DNA from: Welwitschia mirabilis
Taxonomy: Eukaryota
Assembly (NCBI GenBank): GCA_051453625.1
Contig: JBOZIK010000001.1
Location: forward strand, 765,413-803,358
DNA length: 37,946 nucleotides
Direction: 5' to 3'
This document shows, piece by piece, positions 13,551 to 26,426 of this stretch. The notes beneath the pieces were generated by a model. The model saw only the letters and a list, made by a program, of their open reading frames with translations, was not told the DNA's origin and made no database searches. Both the position numbers and the translations under genes were made by a program. Position 1 is the first letter of the stretch. The number at the start of each line of letters is the position of its first letter.

Positions 13551-14477
13551 TGATAGGTACTTATTTTGTTTATAAAGATGCTAAATAATTTAAAAAGATA
13601 CTGGTAATGTATTGTAAATAAGCCAAGTCATTAAAACTAATATTTATGAAAGATCATTAAAGAACTAACTAAGATGATCAGATCTTCAACAAATTTAGTT
13701 TAGTTTGTATTGTCAAAACCATTCTTAATAACCATTAACCTAGACATATTAAGTTGAAGATTGGCCATTAGTGAAAGCACAAATGAGAGATTATATATGT
13801 AAAGTATAAGATGGGGAAAAACATCACTAGAAATATTCAAGAGTAATGCTAGACAACACCTATTTCTAAGTGGTGTTATATCTTAATATCTACCAGCTAT
13901 AGATACAAGAGCAAAGAAATAGAGAAGACAAAACACTAATTTTTCAAGCAATGTCATAGTGCATCACATCGACAACTTTGTGGCTTAATTTTGTATTATG
14001 ATCACATAAAATACTGATTGCAGTGCTTTTCTTTATAGGTGATGCTAGAGTTGTGGAGACATTTGCCATTATTTTCAAAATGTGCTAGATCTATCCATCT
14101 TGCATCTTAGGCCATCTCTTTTGTTATTGCTAGTTTCTTCCCTCCCGTCAAAGATTCTCGTAGTCCTCTCTTTTGTGCATTTTATCCTTGTCTTCTCCTT
14201 TCTTTCTTGGTTGTTCCTCTTCTTGCTCCTCGAAAGTAGTTCCATGGGAGTAGTGGTCCTATTGTCAAGCTATTTTGTTGCCTCTCCTATATTTTCATGA
14301 CAATTTGTGTTCTTTTACGTATCCAAAGATACCATGATGCCTAAACCATTGTATAGAGAGATATAATAAATATTACTAACTAGCTAAATATTAAGCTAAT
14401 ATTAATAAACATGGGCTTATTAACAAAACAAAGTATCATAATAACATGAATTAAGTACAAGTTATTTTGGCTCATCA
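13551..14477 (-). repeat. 5' LTR of Athila-like element
   Basis: Begins TGATAGGTACTTAT and ends CTCATCA; direct repeat of 877-1767. Confidence 0.9.
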
Positions 14478-14602
14478 ATATATTATTCATTCATTTATAT
14501 TATGTTCAACTAGGAGCAAATTAGACAGTATTGTAATTTCTTATCTTTTCTTGCATGAACGATGGTTCACTCGGAGAAAAGCACTAAACCTTTATGTCTT
14601 AA

Positions 14603-14668
14603 TAAAGCTTGAACAAAAACTTTCCATAAGATTATAAAGCTCGAAAAAAAATTTTCCATAAGATTATA
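14603..14668. repeat. Two-copy ~33 bp tandem duplication
   Basis: TAAAGCT(T/C)GAA...TTTCCATAAGATTA repeated twice. Confidence 0.75.
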
Positions 14669-15501
14669 GAGGAATTGGATAAATAATTTGAGGTAAATAA
14701 TAATTTGAAGGAAGAGTAATTAGATATGTGTTAGATAGACGGAAAACCTATTTTTCCTTACAAGGTAAAGATTACTTGTGATGCCATTAATAAAAATCAA
14801 ATTATTCATGAGAAGCTAAATAAAACATGAAATATTTAAGTAGTTCGTAGGTTTTGAAATCACAAAATAAAAAATATTTAAAATATCCATGATTTCCAAA
14901 GATTGTATTTTGTTGTGATGCTTGATACATCAGGGCTTATCCACTGCTATTGATTTATAACAATTAAGATTTGCTTCTCTACAATGTCCTTTCTATGATG
15001 GTCAAGATTCTTTTGAACATGTTTTCTTTCATTATAGGTTTGTTCAAAATACATAGAACTAGACCTTTTTTTTGTGATAATTTCCAACTAGCCATTGCGT
15101 AGACTATTTTTGAAGACACTCCTAGAGTTCCTAATTCTTTTCCTTTTTCCTCATCTTGATCTGTCTTTGACTCCTAGTATTACACAACATTTACAACCTT
15201 CACTGCATAATTATATTTTAGCATCTTAAGCACAAGTTTCAAATTCCTATGGCAAATAAATATGAGATCTTATGGAATGCAACTTTTCATTTTTCAAGTT
15301 GAAAAAATTCATATAATAGGAAGCAATTAATACAAGTCTTACAATAGTGAATTTAAACTTTTTACTATGACTTTGTTTGCTATCTTTATTTTTGGTCTTC
15401 ATACTTTGTTGCAACCAGACCATTTTCTTTTATACTAGTGGATTTACTTATTAACCACTTATCTCTATCTTACTTTTTGCTTTTAATAAAATGATTTTGA
15501 C

Positions 15502-17262
15502 CATGAGGTCCGCACACTTACCAAGCCCAAATAGACATTACTCATTTAATTATTTAAAGTTACACTTATAAGCAATGATTCCACAACCACAAAAATTTAT
15601 AATGGGAAAGGAAAAAAAGACAGATAAGATTAAGTATCTCTTTATAATGGTATTTAATATAAAATTAAATAATGTTTAGATTAAGAAAAGAGTGGTTCCA
15701 AGAAATAAATATTATCGTGTCTCAAAGAAGTGATATAGCCTTTTAAAATATAAAAAGAAATATGTAATTTAATCCATAGTCGCATACAAATTTAACTCAA
15801 TAATGTCATAAGAATAGTCATAGATATTTTATCATCAAAAAAAAGGAAATAAAAAAAGAACAAAAGACTATTAAGCTTATTTTAATAGCAAGAACACATG
15901 AAACTAAAACAAGAACTTTCTCAAACATTTCCTACATATAGAGAGGCTCACAAAAACATGTGAAATCCAATATCACTCTCTGAATTTTATATAATTGTAG
16001 AAAGTATCATATCAATAACCAAACTACTTGACCTAATGCTTATATTAGTTACAAGACAACCATCATGAATGTATATGTTCATAAATCTAAATGGTCAGAA
16101 AATAAATCAAGAGGATGATTATCAAGAATAACTAACCATTATCAAGTCATAACAGACAACTACAAAAACCTCTACTAATTGAAAACATGATCTGTTCCTG
16201 CATTTAATCCTACATAAGAAGAATGGAATAAGAACTATGCTTACCATAGTTCCCAACATCGCTGAAACAGTAGATTGTACTCAGTAAGGTAATCACAATC
16301 TAAGAAATAAGGGCTAGAGGTTGCATATGCTAATGGTAAGGCATTTGTTTTAATACGTACTTATTAATCTAATAACACATGTGCCAACCAAAATGGTTTT
16401 ATATTCTTTGTCCTTTATTCTAATAATTTACTTCCATGGCCTTGGAAGCCCAAGGAATGTTATTCCTCTGAAGTCAACATAATTTGGTTAACCTGACCAA
16501 TTTTAAGTTGTATTTCTTTTTTTTTTTTTAAACAGCTATAAAACTCAAATTCACAGTTCATTACAACATTCAAGATATTTCAAGACAAACTCAAACTGAA
16601 AGAAGACAAGATTCAGGAAACAAAGATTACTTACACAATTCATTATATATAGTAAGAGACATTTAAATAAATTCAACAAGAATAGCATCAGAAAGAAAGA
16701 AAACCAAGATTAGGAATAACTAGAACAATTCTAAACAATTAAAAGAGAAGAACTAAGCAAATGATAGCCAAAGGAAGAGAAACCTAAAGTAGATTTCATT
16801 TTAAGAAACATAAAGTAGAACAAGAATGGAAACCAAGTCATACTACAAGAAGACTAAGCCATACTTGTACTAAATATAAGATTTTCAAAAACCTACAACT
16901 ACTACTATTCAACCTCAAGAGATCAGACTAGACTAAGGGTTCTGATATGTACAAACAACTATAATAAAAGACTCAATAAATTAACAATCTTGATTCACCA
17001 GTACCTTGTAATAACATAGCCTTGTAAAGAAACAATTCAATGGCCATGATTATTAAGTAGATAATGAAACAATAAATAAATATATCAAAATAATGGGCTT
17101 ATCATCTTATAAACTTATTTAATTATTTTATTATATATAATATTAAGGTTTCAAAAAAAAATTGGCTTCTTTTACTATATGATACTATTAATTTTACAAG
17201 ATTCATTGTTCTTCTTTGGGTTCGTATATTTTATTTTTGGACCTTTATGTCTAGACATGGTA
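15502..17262 (-). repeat. 3' LTR of gag-only element
   Basis: Colinear with 18433-20215 (shared ACACTTACCAAGCC, TATCATATCAATAACC, TCAAAAACCTACAACTACTA, CTAGACATG); termini eroded. Confidence 0.8.
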
Positions 17263-17599
17263 GATCTCGTTATTTAAGAAGTTTCTTCCTAGAAACTTGA
17301 AAGATACTCTACTCTTCATTGTGAAATGTCTTTTTTGGTTTTCCAAGTTGCTTCTACTTGTATCTGACAAAACTATTGCTCTTCACATAGCTGAATTTTT
17401 CTTCCTCTAAACACCACTTGCTTGTGATCTAATATTTTTTTAAGCTTCAAAAGTGATGTCTGATTGGATATCTACATCTTGATCAGGAATGAGCCTTTTT
17501 AGATTTGAAAGAATGAAATATGGAAAACATAATGAAGGGCTAATAGTAGTTTTGACATGCTTGAAGGCTTACCTCTTCCTTGAAAGTTTGGAGATTGCA

Positions 17600-18350
17600 C
17601 GACATTAACCTTAGAAACTTCAAATTTTTCCTTGTCATTATTCTTAGCTAGCTCTAGGCTTGTAAAAATTGGCTTTTTCCTTCCTTGATTTCTTCCACAT
17701 CTTGTGGTGTTCTTCTCTTTTCTTTGATGGCCTTTTCTCTAGTCCAATATTTTGACTTAATCTAACCCTTCTCTAATGCTTTTGCAAGTGTTTTAAGCTA
17801 AAAAAGTTTTATTTAACCTTGAATTAATCTTTTTACATTTGACTATTTCATTACAAGGAATGTCTGGTATATACCTTAGCAATTCTATAAGTTTATTATC
17901 ATATTGTGCTAGTGTCACGAATTCATGTCTATGTCCATAATATTCTTCTGCCTTCTTGTCTCTATAGTATTCAGATTTATACCTTCTTTTGAATCTATTT
18001 TCAATTCCTTCCAAGAAAGATGATTTGGAAACTAAGGTTGTGCCTTCTATGTTTGGTACCATAATGCTACATTCTTCTTCAATTGTTGTGGAACCAAGGA
18101 AGTTCTATGCTATATAGAAAGTTAAATAATTGAGGTTGCTTTAATATAAATATCAATCATGCCTTTGCTTCTGTAGCATTATTAAACCCCTTAAACACAT
18201 GTGGATTTGTTTTATTTAAATTACATTATTAAGTTTTCGAATCATTCCATGTCATTTTTGCCATTGCTTCTTTTTTGTAACTCATCCATCAAATTAATGA
18301 CTGATGGTCTAATATTAGTAGAAAAAACTATTGCTCTTCTGGGTTGCATC
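17600..18350 (-). pseudogene. Retrotransposon gag remnant
   Basis: ORF 17793-18062 (FKRRYKSEYYRDKKAEEY...TLAQYDNKLIELLRYIPD...KCKKINSRL) fits the Retrotrans_gag pattern. Upstream NKTNPHVFKG...EAKA* resembles the Tekay P..F.G...A..W motif. Confidence 0.75.
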
Positions 18351-18417
18351 TTCTTAAGCTAGAACTCTATAAAAACTTTTAATACTTTTATTCAGCAATT
18401 ACGAACGTCAAACATAT

Positions 18418-18429
18418 GCTCTAATACAA
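18418..18429 (-). promoter_or_regulatory. Primer-binding site, tRNA-iMet type (degenerate)
   Basis: Minus strand TTGTATTAGAGC vs canonical TGGTATCAGAGC (10/12), 3 nt from the LTR end. Confidence 0.7.
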
Positions 18430-18432
18430 AAA

Positions 18433-20215
18433 TGTTAGGGCCATACACTTACCAAGCCAAAAGAGACATTATTCATTCAATTTTTTAAATTTACACTTAC
18501 AAGCTATGATTTAACAATCACAAAATTTTTTACAATGAAAAAAAAAAGACAAATAACTTCATGTATCCACTTATTATGGGTTGGGCCTTAATATGAAACT
18601 AAATAATTTTTAGATTACGCAATAGTAGTCCTGACAAATAAATATTATCATGTCTAAAAGAAGTGATAGAACTTTTCAAATATAAAAGGAAGTGGATCAT
18701 TAATCCCTAATCTCACACAAAGCTAACTTAATAATGTTATAAGAACAATCATGGAGAATCTATCACCAATTTTAAAAAAATGGGAAAAGAAAGCGAGGAT
18801 ACATGTAACTAAAACAACAAACGTTTCTAGATCATTGTCTACATATTAACGCAAACACAAAGAGCTTACACAAAACATGTGAAATACAATATTACACTAC
18901 AAGTATTATGTAACTATAGAAACTATCATATCAATAACCAGGCCACTTGACCCAAAGCTTGTATTAGTCACAAGACTACAATCATGAATTTATATGTTTA
19001 TAAATCTAAGTGGTAACAAAACATATCAAGAGGATGACTATCAAGAATAATTGACCACTATCAACTCATATACCAAAACTTCTTCTAACAGGAACCAAGC
19101 TACACAAGAAGAATGGAATGAGATCTATCTTTACCATTGTTTCCAACACAGGTGAGGCAATAGAAGGTACACAGTAAGGTAATCCAAGAAACAAGGACCA
19201 CATTCTGCATATTTTTGTTATAATGCATTTATTTTAATATATACATATTTATTCAACAACACATGCATGCGCTAACAAAAAGGGTTTTGTATTTCGTTTG
19301 TACAGCTTCACTCTTTATTCTAGCAATTCACTTTTGTGGTCATTGAAGCCCAATAGAGGGTTTTCCTTTTGAAGTTCACACAATCTGTTTACCCTGGCTA
19401 GTGTTAAATTTTATTTATAATTTTATTTAAACTGTCAAAGACCCAAGATCACAACCCTTTACAACATTCGAGTTATTTCAAGAACAAGTTAGATTTAAAA
19501 AAAAAAAAAATCAACACCAAAAATTGCTTACATAGTTCATTATATAAACATGAGACATTTAAGTATCATCAACAAGAATAATAGTGTACATAGAAAGAAA
19601 AAAAGACAAGATTAAAAGTAAGTGAAGAAATCTTAAACCATAAAATGACAAAAACCAATCAAAATATAGCCAAAAGGAAGAGAAAAATCGAGTAGATTTC
19701 ATTTTAAGATAATATAAAGTAGAAAAAGAATGGAAATCAAGTCGTACAAGAAGACGACCAAGGCATACATGTATTAAATCTGAATTTCAAAAACCTACAA
19801 CTACTATTCTTCAACCTCAAAAGACCATACCAGGCTAAGGATTCTAATATACAGTACAAGGAAAGACTCAATAAATTAACAGCCTTGATTTACCGCTATC
19901 TTGTACCCTACCCTTGCATGCTTGGCCAACTAGTCATAGCAATAACATAACTGTATAAGAAATAATCAAGCTATCATGATTACTGAGTGAATAATTAACA
20001 AAAAAAAAATTGAACTAATGGGCCCTATCACGTTATAACATTTTTAATTATTTTATTATGATGTTATATTAAGATAAAAATAATTTTTTTACCCTTTTTC
20101 TACTATATAATATTTTTAAGATTCCCTCTCGTCCTTTCTTTCTTTTTATTTTTGATCTTTTTCCATCTATGTTTGTGTGTTTAATTCTTGGACCTCGCTA
20201 AGCCTAGACATGACA
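18433..20215 (-). repeat. 5' LTR of gag-only element
   Basis: Plus strand TGTTAGGG...CATGACA (TG...CA); direct repeat of 15502-17262. Confidence 0.8.
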
Positions 20216-20762
20216 CCAACACCACCTCACCTCAACCTCCCCAACCTCGCGCCCAAAAAAATTTCTCCCAAAAAATTAAAAAAGATGAGGAAAATAAAAT
20301 TGAAAAAGAGGATTACAATCAAATGATAATGGTGACATCTAATTAATTTGGTTTTTATTTAGGACACTTTCGAACACAATACATTTTTTAATGCTACATA
20401 CATTTGTTTTTTTGGAAAACATTTTTAAAAAAAAAGTGAAACAAAACATCTCAAATCACATATAACAAGAAAATAAGGAGATCAAAGAACTTTCTAAAGA
20501 ATATCCATAATAAACTTTGTGGTTTGCATGACCCATGAGTACAAAGCAAAAATGACATCTCTTTTACACGTCTCAAGAGAAAGTGGCTGCTTGCTTTAGG
20601 AAAAGCTACAATAACACGCTTGCTAACAACGGTATTAGAATAGTTACACATAAATGCTTTTACATATCTGGAATCTCAAATTCATCATACCAAAAACTGA
20701 GATATTTGAGACTCTTTCACATGAACTCTGGAGTCCCCATTATGACCATAGTTAACCTTATT

Positions 20763-21918
20763 CATAGTTGTGAAACTCCAAACTTGCCACTAGACTCGTT
20801 TGGCTACCTGGACTCGGACTCATTAGCCAAACTCGGCAAACTCAGTAAAACTCAGCAAAAACTCGAGAAGGCCAAAAGAGTTTGGGTTTTCATATATTTT
20901 TTGAAAGAAAAAGGCACTTTTATGCATTCAGATAAGGCATATAGCACTTCTAAATAATAGACAAGTGTTGAAATACACCAAATTAAATATTAATGAAACA
21001 AATAACTATGTTTGTTAAAAACTCAAAGTTGTCATTACTTACATTACAAACGACAAACTTACAATTATTGTGATTCATTATTTTGTAAAATAGTTACAAT
21101 TCCTTAAGATATACAATATCACACTTTTTTTAAGTTCTTATATCAACTTTTTCTTAACTCCTAAGCTGTAAATGTTTTCTTTGCTTAATTTCAGTGCAAA
21201 CAAAATGCAAATACACAGAAAAGAAAAGGAAAAGTAAAAGAATACGAGTTTTAACTTAAGAATTTAATTCTAAAATTTTAGATATGTCACATCATCTTTT
21301 ATTCTTAAAGAAAATGACAAAACACAATTATTTTATACACAAAACGTTATTATGATAAATATTTTTGTACTGTTTTATATCTGCAATTTTCTTACCGTGA
21401 AGGAAAACATAACGATGTCAGAGAGGAGACAATCAATAAGGGGTGCTACTGCTTTCTTCGCTTGAATGTTGATGCTCTAGCTATGTGTTAAATCTTTGAC
21501 AAGAGTTTAAAAAACAAAAGCTTTTCATCCCATATCAAGATTTGCAATCTAAGTCTATAAGATGACTTTGAATGCTCATGCTTGAATGTTTGATGTTTCA
21601 CACTTTCACCTTCCTTTCAGCCCTTCTTTTTACCTATTTTTGTTTTATTTTAGAATCCTTTGAAGAGAAATAACGTCTCTTGACTGTCTCAAGGTATTTT
21701 AACCTTAAAAAATCTAGTTTTTGAACTTTTTTTTAGTCTAGTCGTGAGTTCGGGATCCCTAACTCGCCGAACTCACTACTCTCACCAAGTTCGACGAGTT
21801 TGGCAAGTTCAACGAGTCTGAGACCCTCAAACTCGTCTTACGGAACTTGGGTTTTTAAACTCGTGTTGAGCTAGAGACTCACGGGCTTCCAAAACTCGCC
21901 ACAAGTTTCAAAACAATG
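20763..21918. mobile_element. Non-autonomous hAT DNA transposon (1156 bp)
   Basis: TIRs CATAGTTGTGAAACT / revcomp CATTGTTTTGAAACT (13/15). 8-bp TSD ACCTTATT / ACTTTATT (7/8). Clustered subterminal AACTCG/CGAGTT motifs at both ends. Confidence 0.85.
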
Positions 21919-23044
21919 ACTTTATTTGATAGCAAACTTAGCAAGTTCTAAATTTTTGATATACAGAAATAGATTTAAAAATCACAAGCAAACATTAAAA
22001 AGTGGATTCAAATTTTGTTCCTTTTGTTTTATAACAGTTTTTGCACCAATTAAAGTTGAAAGCCAATTGAAAAATATAATGCATTGGATAACATACTTTT
22101 GGATTAGCAATATCAATTTGAATTATAGACAATTTGAAATCCAGTGTATGATTAAGTGTTTGTAGCTTAATTGTCTAATGACCTGTAACAAAGGTATTAA
22201 TGCAATCTTAATAGAATTGAAAATGGGGATTACATATTGAACAACACTATAAGACAGCAGTGCACATTGGGATGATTTTGGAAAACCAATTTGTAGAGCG
22301 ATTGATAAATCAAAATAAATTTAAACATAGATAAATTTAATGTACAATCTGGGAAAAATCGTATTTCGATTGCTAGTTAACGTATTATTAACTCGAAAAT
22401 TTTTTCAATTCGTTCTTGTGTTTTACCTGACAAATATATAAGCTTGAGTTAATGAACTCTAGATAACTACTACAATTGCATATATGTTTGCAGTGAATCT
22501 AACTATGATTTTTTTGTATTTCTTCCACCACCTCCCTTCTCTTCGTTTTATTTTGTCGAAATTGTTCTTTGCTTTCTACATTCTGTTCCCCACTTCTCAT
22601 GGAAGTAATCTACAGTAAAACTTTCTGTATTGATTTTTAATAGTGTCTTTTATTCTTTATTTTCTGATTGAAGACATGTACAGAAACAGCTATTTTTTTC
22701 TAAGTAGTTATTTTTGACTTTGAGATTGGGTGGAGACTAACTTAACTATCACATTTTGATGATGATATGCAATTTGAAGCAATTAGATGTTTAATAGACC
22801 ACTGTTATAGGATTATTGGCCATGGATTTGTAGAACAAAGCAAGATCTTTAGATGCCATTCCATTGCAATACAGATATATTTACAGCCACGTAATTTATA
22901 ATTTATACACATTTCTAGAAGAGGTAATCCACAATTTTGACAAAGAAAGAAACCACTATATTCATGTAGCATGCTAATGGACTTCACACACATCAAGCTC
23001 TGATGCATTTTCGTACTACACTAACACGCAGTGTCCATGATTTA

Positions 23045-23647
23045 CTATGCCCTGCATACATTCAACATTTCTTGGAACATCTCAATCATCAATTCTCTAT
23101 CAGCTTGCAGTAAAAATGCATTCAAGTCATCTCTCAAATCATGGACCTTCAAAAACTCAAATAAGTACATGAAACATCCTTTCTTAAGACGGCGCAGCTG
23201 GTAAAGCCAGGCCACCTGTAATCTGTCAAGAACATTCTTTGTATCTATATCTTCCATCAGACTCTCTTCACAGCATTCTTTCAGGTCACTAATGTCATAT
23301 TTATCAGCAGCTCTTAATAAAGCAATTCTGTGGATCCAGAAATCCTCAGATTTAATGCTGCCATATATATAGCTCAGAAGGCAAACACAAGGCTCTACAG
23401 TTATATCCTCCATGTTGATAACTGATGATTCTTTCTCCTTCAGGTCATGCATGAACATACTTGCAAAAACAGGTGATCGGGCTGCTAAAATTGCCTTGTG
23501 TGCTTTAAGGCTACCATTAGCTGTATTAATTGTAAGGTCTGTGTAGAAACTCTCATCCAACATACAAGAAAGGCAAGCCAATGCACCTTTGGTTGCCTGG
23601 GACTGCATTACTCCTTGAGTAGGCCAAACTGAAATTGACTCCCCACC
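23045..23647 (-). CDS. BTB/POZ domain protein (At1g21780-like family, putative CUL3 substrate adaptor), terminal coding exon
   Basis: Uninterrupted 200-codon frame plus stop: TDLTINTANGSLKAHKAILAARSPVFASMFMHDLKEKES...LLRAADKYDISDLKECCEESLMEDI...AWLYQL..LKKGC...ADRELMIEMFQE. Acceptor TATGAAG|GGT at 23648/23647. Confidence 0.93.
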   Translation of the reverse strand, partial: GGESISVWPTQGVMQSQATKGALACLSCMLDESFYTDLTINTANGSLKAHKAILAARSPVFASMFMHDLKEKESSVINMEDITVEPCVCLLSYIYGSIKSEDFWIHRIALLRAADKYDISDLKECCEESLMEDIDTKNVLDRLQVAWLYQLRRLKKGCFMYLFEFLKVHDLRDDLNAFLLQADRELMIEMFQEMLNVCRA

Positions 23648-23764
23648 CTTCATAACAATGTACAGGAGTATACATGTTTAAAAGAATTCTATAGCTTAGA
23701 AGCAATTTTTAAAAAAGACCACAATTCATAATTCTTGAATCTACCAAATACAGATACCCTTTAC

Positions 23765-23874
23765 CTCTGATATTTTAAGGTCCAAAAATTCAACATCTAT
23801 CACAAAACGCCCATTGCATGGAGGATCTATAGCCCATACAAAGTCTTCACTGGTTCGCAGCAGCTTTTCATTGA
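23765..23874 (-). CDS. BTB/POZ protein (At1g21780-like), penultimate coding exon (110 nt)
   Basis: GCATAG|TC acceptor and GAG|GTAAAG donor. Encodes NEKLLRTSEDFVWAIDPPCNGRFVIDVEFLDLKISE, matching the family motif EKLLRT..D.VW.vD....GRF.IDVEFLDLKI. Splices in frame across a 117-nt GT-AG intron. Confidence 0.9.
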
Positions 23875-25470
23875 CTATGCCCAAAAAGAAGTTATTTAAT
23901 CATGGGCCCAGTCAAATGGACTAATGCATTGCTTAAACATCCATCATGTCAGGACATGGAAATGGTTGCTTGAATATTTAAAATTTCAGAAACTCTGGTT
24001 CTTAATTTTATTGGTTACAGTTTAGAATAATCATTAAGTAACTTGAATCTATTCAAAAGTAAAAAGAAAATTCATTTCCAATAAGTTGTTTTTTTTAAAC
24101 ATCAAAATGATCTAATATCTTAAATAGAAGTAGTTTAGACTAAATGAATGCAATCTTATGATGTTTTAGAATTTTGTTTTAAATGGTATCCTCATAATAA
24201 GTTCCCTATAATGCTAAGAAGAAACTCTGTGTAAACAATACAATCAATAAGGACATAGTGTATTTGACTTGGGGAGTTATAGAGAAGAATTTGACAATCA
24301 ATGGAATAATTAACATCCACAATGTGTTCATTAGTATCAATCTCAATTGATAAGAATAAATACCATCAACAATATCATAGCTACAATTTCATTTAAGATT
24401 GTCAATATAGTTATCATCAATAACTGCAGGTTTAGTTCTTGAAAATAAGCCCAGCATTACTCCAGCATTAGTCTGGCATTAAAACCTAACACAATCAACT
24501 ACTAACAAACAGATAGCACACAGTACAAAATGAATCCCTGAATTTACTTTTACTTCATTCTCTGGACGACGAAAGGCTACAAGAAGCAGCAATGTCAGTG
24601 TGAATTATTGTTTAAAAAGCGTCACATTTTAAGACTCTTAAAACAAGCAACATCTGTGAACTTGTAAGAGGAGGCTATTTGATATTACACACAGCACTGA
24701 AAATGATAACTATGTTCATAGAGAAAATAACTCTCAAGAAATAAGTTCAAATCTGATAAAATAATAGAAACATTAAGCCACTAAAGAAACAAGTCAATTT
24801 AGTAAGAAGCCACCTTGAAAGAAGCTGCGTAAGCACGAGAATATTTCAATACTTATGAGTGCATGGCACACTTGTGTCATGAGCTAATGTTGTCATCTCA
24901 TTTTTGGCCACCAGACATCATCATTATTGAAGCTTCAAACTAGTTCAACTTAGTCTCCATATTTGGCATGATGCACTACAGTATGCATTAATGCAATCCA
25001 TTGACACAATCACTTAATGCATCCCTCCTATTCTACTATGTAAGCAGCACAGCTACTTAATTGCAAAAAAACTTGTTCATAATTTTCCTTGTGTATTGCT
25101 TCATTGTAAGAGAAATTAGTCATGAATTTTCTTTTGTAATTTATTTCTTTTCTAGTTAATATAGGGTAATTCTTTACCCAAATCACTCCCTTGCATTGAT
25201 ATGAACTCACCTAGCAGTGAGATAGTTTTAATATTAATTATTAGTTACAAATTTACATGTATACATCTATAGTGTTGAGTTAAATATGGGGATTTAAAAT
25301 TAATTTTTAATTATAAATTCACATACACAATAATAAACACTTTCAGTACACCAATATTAATTTTTAATTATAAATCTACACATGTACAATAATAAATTTC
25401 AATAGCCTACAGTGCATACATTTCATGATGAGGGTTCAACATTGCCATGGGAGACATTCCTAGTTGAGAT

Positions 25471-26426
25471 CATACTTTTCTAGAGCGGATCGAAATCATG
25501 ATCTGTGTGATTCTGGATCGCACTCCAAAGGAAAGCGCTCTAGAGCGTACCTAGATCGCAATTTCAGCAACGAAATCACGATCCGTCGCGGATCGAGTGG
25601 ATCATGGTCCACGCAATTCCGCGATCACGCAGATAGCTTTATAAAAAATATTAATCAACACCATTTTGCTATAAAAACTGAACTCTTCCCGCATTTCAAA
25701 TGACACAACTAGGCTTCCATTTCATCATTTGTTTAAACAAAATGGCCAAAATGGGAGGATGTGTTTCTCGCAAACCAGAGGACTACTAAAAAAACCGGGC
25801 GATGGATCAGTACTCATCCTTTTGACATCCAAGTCTGTGACGGACGGATGTTTTTTCAAGAGAGACTCACAAAGAGTGATTGCAACGGAGATCTTGTGAG
25901 AATTTCCAAACCATTTTCTCTGTAACTCCGACCATGTCTTTGTCGGAAGGGACTTTAGAGAAGTGGATCTATCATATAAACCAGCAGCAAAAGTAATTTG
26001 GTTGGAAGCATACTTTTCTGGATCAGTACTCATCATATAAACCAAAAAATTCAGTCATTAACCATAAATGCCTCCAAAAATTGGTTCATATCTAGATGTC
26101 ATAAACTATAATATCATTTGCGAGAGTTCATCATGATCCTCATATATTCCAAATTTGTCTTCATTCCTCATTTCTCTGACTTTTGTCATGCCATCCCTTA
26201 CTCTTCATGTGTTATCCTATTCTTCTTCATTCTTTTGCAGCAGATTATTTTTATTTTCCTTTCTTATCTTTCAAATATCTTCTTATTTTTATTTTCCTTT
26301 CTTATTTTCACTTTTTTAATGTTCACACTCCAAAGCGATCCGTAATCCACTCTGGAGCGATCCAACGATTCAAAATCTCCAAAACCAAAAAATGATCCGC
26401 GATCCGCTCCGATCCATCTAACTATG
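25471..26426. mobile_element. Non-autonomous hAT DNA transposon (956 bp)
   Basis: Perfect 8-bp TSD GTTGAGAT (25463-25470, 26427-26434). Ends CATACTT / revcomp CATAGTT. Dense subterminal GGATC/GATCC/CGATC motifs at both ends. Confidence 0.88.

Larger units (their letters stand above)
15502..20215 (-). mobile_element. Short non-autonomous LTR retrotransposon with gag only (TR-GAG-like, Tekay/Del-type ends)
   Basis: ~1.76-1.78 kb direct repeats at 15502-17262 and 18433-20215 enclose a ~1.17 kb internal region with a tRNA-Met-type PBS and a gag remnant. Before the 3' LTR the minus strand reads TTTCTAGGAAGAAACTTCTTAA, like the Tekay TTTCGAGGACGAAA...TAAG motif. No pol motifs seen. Confidence 0.8.

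Noticed and set aside
20583..20957. 124-aa ORF
   Set aside because: Spans the hAT left junction and subterminal repeats; no recognisable domain
23648..23653. ATG at 23653 as the start of a single-exon 202-aa BTB gene
   Set aside because: It lies within the intron 3' end (TATGAAG acceptor); a conserved in-frame upstream exon exists at 23765-23874
24548..24578. Candidate micro-exon on the minus strand (TTCTTGTAG|CCTTTCGTCGTCCAGAGAATGAA|GT)
   Set aside because: 23 or 29 nt, frame-disrupting, no similarity to the missing N-terminal family motifs; splice-like motifs arise by chance
25298..25400. Two-copy ~57 bp AT-rich duplication
   Set aside because: Low-complexity local slippage with no evident function
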